Made by a program: the position numbers and the translations under genes. A stretch of 62,033 nucleotides of DNA, the filler included, from Choristocarpus tenellus KU-1152 (lineage: Eukaryota; Protista; Phaeophyceae): NCBI GenBank assembly GCA_964200185.2. It is 7 parts of 7 records of this genome, joined end to end, with 100 filler letters (N's around TTAATTAATTAA, not from the genome) between each part and the next. Parts side by side here need not be neighbours in the genome. Positions count along the whole stretch, not along the records: positions 42,031 to 62,033 come from CAXNAD020000424.1; 6 more parts are not named here. One strand, given 5' to 3'. Of the stretch, positions 55,802-62,033 are shown piece by piece (positions within the stretch are counted from its first letter, which is position 1; each line of letters starts with the position of its first letter). Below the pieces are notes generated by a model, which saw only the letters and a program-made list of their open reading frames with translations, ran no database searches and was not told the origin of the DNA.

Positions 55802-56944
55802 ATTATCTCCCTATAGTAGTCCCATCAGCACACAACACCCTTTTTTTCATGCTTCTTCTGGCTTGTATTTTGTGAGTAGGGGAGGTCACACAAGTGTCCT
55901 GTGTACATTTTTGTCACAATAGAATGGTATGAACTTTTCTACTGAGAAGTGGTGTTGGGGACTGCTCACTGTATGTCCCCGGAGGTGCTTGAAAACACAC
56001 ACCATTGGAGGAAAATGCGATGTTAAGTAGGGGTTTATAGTTATTAATCCTTTTGCGGGAAACACATGTGAGGTTGGGAGAGGCTTCTGGTTGGAGTAGC
56101 GACAGAGTGTGTAGGCTAGATACAGGAGAGTGATTGAGTTATGCAAGCACCTTCTAATAGCAGAAATGTGTCATTATATTTTGTCTAATGGGGCTATAGT
56201 CCCTATCGGATTAATTAGAGCACCATCGCCCTCTATGCTCTGGGTGTTGTCACAAGATAGACATCATTTGAATTGGATGGGAAATGAGTTAGGCGGTGTC
56301 ACAGGTTGAGTTCTACATGTAACATATCAGAAGCATCTTTTCTTTGACAAATGGGCACACTTTTTAATATATGCAAAGCATATTGCCAAGAGCAAAGCCC
56401 GGACTCTGGAGGGGGGTGTTACTCTGGAATCAACTGCTGTAGTGTGTATGCCTGCCCTTGCACTCCATGTTCATGGTGTGTTGCATCCAGTACACTTGAC
56501 ACTCATATCAAACAGTACATACAGTGCTGTACACACACACACACACACATATATATATGCCATCTATTTCGGATGTTTTACCATCGGAGGTGTCACTGCA
56601 TAACCATCCTTGCTTGGCAGGCAAAGATTCAGCATGTTTCTTTGAGACGGATTTTTCATGTCAGGCAGGGATGCGTTTTAAGAACCTTGCTGCAGTTGCT
56701 ATCCATGTCTGCTCAACCCTTGCTAGAATTGAATTGTTGATCTAAGAGAGGGTATTGACTAGCAGACCTGTTCATTGACAGCTAGCTGGGGTGACTACCT
56801 GCTGTTTTTGTCACGATGACATCATGCTTGATTTAGGACCCGAGAAGAATGGAGGCGCAGGGGGGGAGGAAGAGAAAACAGAATCTTTCCTACAGTGTGC
56901 CGAAGAAATAAAACTGATATGTTGAGGATGCTCAAAATAGACGA

Positions 56945-57131
56945 GAGGTACCCAGAGTTGCATTTGAAGGGTGCTGACAAATGTCCAAAATTCGACCTTT
57001 TTTTTACATATGGGTACAGAACAATTTCTGAATTGTGTCGAGAAGTTTCAAACAACATAGAAATATGCGTGAGTTGCAAAATGTTGAAAAAACAACTTTT
57101 AAATGCACAACTTTCAAGACCTGAGTACCTC
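56945..57131 (+). repeat. Family C repeat copy
   Basis: GAGGTACCCAG...CTGAGTACCTC ends; similar to the copies at 42757 and 57642. Confidence 0.65.
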
Positions 57132-57641
57132 TACTTTACTTTGGTTCGCTAAAATTTACAACACATCATGCTTGTTAGGTGGATGGAGTGGCAGAGGCAA
57201 GGAAGATGATCCTCCTGTGCCTTAGCAGTAGATGGTAGGACACCCCTCATCGAGCTGACAATGAATTGCTTCACTACAATGAATTTCCCATGTAGTGATG
57301 GGATTGAATCCCACACACATGGACAGGATAGTATTCTCAGCTTCAGCTTCCAAGCAGCAGGGGTGGGTGAATGAGGACAGAAATTATCGCTTTGCGCATT
57401 GGGCTCTTAGACCGTGCCCCAACGTCTCTGCCTCTCCATGCAGACTTGGGTTTACCTTAAGCTTAGTACTAAATGACTCCACACCATCACCCAGTTGCCC
57501 AGACCTGACAGTTTGACATCACCAAGTGTATTTCTGTACTGAGGATTTGCAATCAAACCAACAGTGTCTGTCGCTCCTGGTATACACAGAAAGTAGGTGT
57601 CTAGATATCTACATAAACCTGTAAGTAAGTGCCCAACAGGG

Positions 57642-57862
57642 GAGGTACCAATAATTGCATTTTAAGAATGCTGACAAATATGCATAATTCGACTTTTCGT
57701 ACAAATGCATACAGGGGCATTTCAGTAATTATGTTGAAAATTTCAAGGAATAGAGAAATGAACGTTCTCAAGCCTAACTTAGCTCTTCATCATTATTAGA
57801 AATATGAGTGAAAGGTGTAAAAAGTTGCTTGAAATGCAATTGCCAAAACCTGAAATATTCCA
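57642..57862 (+). repeat. Family C repeat copy, more diverged
   Basis: gaggtacc..ttgcattttaagaatgctgacaaat..aattcgactttt. Confidence 0.55.
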
Positions 57863-58406
57863 CACTGGACCCACGGTTGTGTGGCTTGATAGAGGATAAT
57901 AAATGGCTTGGTGTAGATATACAATATTAATGTTACAAGAGGCTTACGGTTTCGATTCTACGGACTGAACTTGTGGGATGAGACAAGTGCAGACTACCAT
58001 GTGGGGTTTGCAACGCCCACATGGATATTCAGAAAAGAATACTATCTACGTATCATATGTACCATATATGATACATCAACTGATAATCTAATATCAGGTC
58101 CCTACAATACATGAATCACTTATTTACTTTTCTTCAGTATAGCAAGCGTATCTTGAACATGCCACAAATCAATGGACACTAGTGAGTCAATACATATATA
58201 TATATATATGTTACATATATATCACTGGCTCTCAATCCTATTATCTAATCCACTGGCGGTGTCTATAGTGTAGTATCAGCAGCACTATCCACGAGCAGTA
58301 TCTCTCGTTTACTTTGGCTCACACATGTACAGGGAGAACAGCGATTGCTCCTAACGCTATGTTGTTTGTAAATATAAATGTACTCACTTGGGTATTATTG
58401 AGGTTG

Positions 58407-58663
58407 GAGCCAAAGTATCCTAGAGGGTAAGGCCGCGTCGATTTGGGGGCCAACATCCAATGTTGCGATTTTGATGTGATTTTGGCTATCGTGTTTGTTA
58501 GGAAGTGTCAATATCCTTGTTCTGGCCAACCTTTTCATAATAACGTACACATTTTACCTACTCCTAAACATTTTGAAGTAGGAAAATGTAAAAAAAACAT
58601 GGGAAGTCAAGCCCCAAATGGACAAACAGGTCAAAACTCTTACCCTCTAAGATACTTTCACTC
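58407..58663 (+). mobile_element. Family A MITE, complete, TSD GTTG
   Basis: gttg|GAGCCAAAGTATC...GATACTTTCACTC|gttg. Confidence 0.92.
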
Positions 58664-61114
58664 GTTGGTAGATGGGGGGTGTAATTCATTCCATGGTCAC
58701 CAACAAGAAGAGTCATGTGCCACAGATACTTGTTTTCTGTTGAACACTTCCAACTTGTAACGCATGCAAAACATGAAGTGTGTAACACTCAAGCGAACCT
58801 ATAAGCTGAAAAAAATATAACACTTTTAAAGCTGTAGTAACCTTGATATGAAGTAGACTTGAATCCAAAGAGAGGGAGTGAGAATGATTTGATGCTGAAC
58901 ATCCAACTGTCCCTCTGGGTGACAACATTCATTGCATGGGGATTTTTGTGTGGCGACATCAAGTGATTGCTATATGTGGCATCTACTAATCTATGGGGAA
59001 ACCGGAAAGGGTTAAAGGCGTCAAGCACAAGGTATTCAACACATTAGCAGGCTTCGCCAAGGGCAACACTAACTGATAGTGTCAAACAATTGTCACAAAT
59101 AAGAGCTATTATTACTGTGGTCTGGCGTTGGGATGACCTGCCTATCTGGTTACTAGTGTTGGGCATTAATTCATACAGGAGGGACATACGGGGTTTGGGT
59201 GATTGGGATACGCATTCTGGGCAGTCACCCACCCACTGTGTCATTTACATGTTCAAGTTCTTTGGCGGGGTGGCGTTAATATCCTTGATGCCTCTTGTAT
59301 TGTGTACTGTCAAATCTTTCCCTATTGCTGCTACTGTTCGGATGTATCCTTACTCCACCCTTTCTTCGTTCCTCCTTTATTTTACGAGACTGGAGTGTCG
59401 ATCTCCGTTTCATGAAAGAAAGAGTATATTGTGATATCGTTAAAATATTGATCTCTGTGTATAATAGACCAAAAGTTTGCACTGCCCTTGTAAGACGAAA
59501 AATGGATCAACATGAGTTTTTTTACCAACTTGATTTAGATGCGAACAGATAAATTCGATCTTCAATAGATATTATTGTGCCCTCTCACAATTTATTTGCA
59601 GATGTGTGAGGGAAAAGCCAAACCAATATCAGGAACCTGAAAAAAAAGTAAAATTTGTCGAAAATAAATGCGAAGATATATCTCTAAAATCGATTTACTA
59701 TAATAGTAGAAACGCTCTCTTAAAGCTTGAAATCACAATGTTACGTGTAAATTGCTGCTATGCCTCCAACCTAATCTTCAGTATACCTTTCCAAACAAAG
59801 ACTGTGTTCATATTGTTGAAGAGATGCACAGTTAGCCTGTTAAGTTTTCTTGAGTCAGGGTTGCATACATTTACTCACGTTCCTACCCATCAGTCCACAA
59901 GCTATCAATGTCGACCTTACTCCGTGCTTCCTTGGTTGAAGCAAAGAGGGAGTGAGAGAAATTGGACTTTATTGGGTAATTATAGTTTAGGTTAGTAAAT
60001 GGCTCATAGTACTTCAAATTAGTACTCTATTCTATTACGTTGGTTTACCATTAGCAGTATGTGCTACAATCATACGTGTTAGTTCTCCCTCTATATCGTC
60101 CGCCCGACCGTCCGCCCCAGTCAACATGCACACTTCATTGCTTTCTCAAAATGGAAAAAGTACACATCAACTACAATGAATAGAGGTCCTCAGATGAGGT
60201 ACAGGACATACAACTAGCGCACGACGGACTCTTCATATTCATAATGTCTGCGATTGGGTGGTGACATGAGATTGGGTTCCGAGAGGATCGGCGCGTAAGG
60301 CGGACACCTATGAGGGTTGGGCTCCTTCTCAAACCTACGTCATTGTCCCTTCCAGCCTTCCATTCTCTGTCCCCATCAGAACAAGTGAATCATTCACCAC
60401 TTCATCCATATTATATTAGCGTAATGAAGGGGTCTACCAGGCCGGTTGTGACCCGAGATCACTTTGCATCATGCAAGCACTTGCATATGGGGAATAGGAG
60501 GGAAATGCCAGGTACGACCTCTCACCCCATCGCTTTTACTCCCCCGTTTGGAGGGAAGCTCTCGAGACACAGCTGGTCCGCCAGGTGGGGAAAGGTGGCC
60601 AGGAGTCTTTCGGTTCAACAATTTAGCTTGGCCCAACCCCAAGGTTCGAGTGGAGCGGGATCCTTGCTTACTGGAACAGCGTGCTTCAAAGTTGAGTTCG
60701 ATGAAGGAGGGATGGACCCGGCTCACCAACGAGCTCCCCGAGGTGACTTACGCTAGCTTACATTGCAGAAGAAGGGACATCGTGGGTTAAACCTGGAACA
60801 CAGACCCTTGAACAGGTTGACAGTTTGACCTCTGAGTCAACATGGTCAGCACTAGATCGCCTTGATCACCTCAACCTTCGCTGGTCTACTCCATATTTTC
60901 ACACACCATAGAAACTTCAGCTAGTAGATTTTTCGCTGCCACGCGTGCAAAATTCTTCTATCGAGCAGTCAAATGTAGCTTTTAGCTAAGCTGAACCAAT
61001 GACACCTCCCTCCTCTCCTTTACAAAAGTCTAATCAAAGTCATTAAGCTGACGTGAGCATCCGCAAATCCTCCCTCTACTCCCCCCTCTAGTTTCCGAAT
61101 CCTTCAATGGTCAG

Positions 61115-62033
61115 GGAAAACTCCCACACCCACACCTGCATGCTGATGTGACTCGCATGAAGGAGCTTGGGAAAGAACACAGGTGGCAGGATGTGTTACT
61201 GGTCCTTGACGAGCTCAAGGCACAAGCCAAGAAGGAGTCAACTCTTGCCCTCGATTTGTCTGCCTACAATGGCGCAATAGGGGCAATCTCCAAGAGTGGT
61301 AGGTGGCGTGAGGTGAGTGGATACAAATTTGGTATGTACAAGTAGGTAGTCATGTGGATGGGATTTATGTCTAAGGAAATGGACTCAAGCACACAGCTTC
61401 ATTTGCATGTGCTATGGGGATGGCATCGTTGTTTCGACCAGTGTTTTCTTGCAATTCTTCCATTCCTTCTTTGTGGGTGAAGTTTTCTACCCGACACCAT
61501 AGCACTTCAGCATCTTAGGGAGTTGGGGTTGCACTAACGTCATGTTTTTGTACATGTGAATATTATACTCTTTTCTAGCCCTCCCAATACCTTACAACCC
61601 AGAAAACGGTCGGTCAAGGTCTGCAATTTGCCCAATCACTTGTGTTCCGCAACTTCAATATGACTAGCTAGCACAACATATGGTAGCGACAGGTCATGCG
61701 ATCTGATGCGCAATATTAGTGCTTGGCATGTTGCTCCCTTCCCTCTCCCACCCCCTCCATTTTTTTGTCATCATCTGTTACACTCTTCTATGATTGCAAA
61801 TACACCAGGCACTGGACCTCCTCCAAGAGATGCGTGCATCAGGCGTTAAGCCGGACGTGATCAGCTTCACGAGTGTCATTGCTGCAGCCTCCAAGGGGGG
61901 TGGGACAACGGATGTGGTGGAACAGTTGTTACTAGAGATGGAGATAGATGGGGTTCATCCCAACTTGGTAACATTCAATGCTATAATGACTTGCTGCTGG
62001 AGGTGTGGGGACTGGAGGGGTGCACTGGGTGTG
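61115..62033 (+). CDS. Pentatricopeptide repeat protein, partial. Exons about 61115-61312 and 61809 to the window end; possible upstream exon in 60310-60742
   Basis: AYNGAIGAISKSGRWRE/ALDLLQEMRASGVKPDVISFTSVIAA...EMEIDGVHPNLVTFNAIMTCC..CGDWRGAL, i.e. tandem 35-aa PPR motifs. Confidence 0.92.

Overview
Eukaryotic, intron-rich scaffold with six 100-nt linker gaps and one 10-N gap. The EsV-1-7 repeat gene, an ASAFAP-type plastid presequence and the uS2 sequence point to a photosynthetic stramenopile, probably a brown alga or close relative (inference). Spliced host genes: 40S ribosomal protein SA (minus), a single-domain cyclophilin (plus), an EsV-1-7 cysteine-rich repeat protein (minus), a YIPF6/Yip1 protein (plus) and a PPR protein running off the right end (plus). 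Weaker candidates are a plastid-targeted protein and an RGG-rich protein. Between the genes lie decayed mobile DNA: one Ty3/Gypsy pol, two Ty1/Copia fragments, probable LINE and MULE relics, and many short TIR elements, including a family with GAG...CTC ends and 4-bp TSDs (Sola2-like). The most unusual item is at about 1.5-6.7 kb. It is a heavily decayed, same-strand array of PHD-like finger, OTU protease, Academ-like (DUF6589-type) transposase and RecQ-like SF2 helicase motifs, preceded by a head-to-head duplicated exon. A second diverged inverted pair of coding-like arms lies at 46.9-47.5 kb. All domain calls come from reading motifs by eye; no searches were run.
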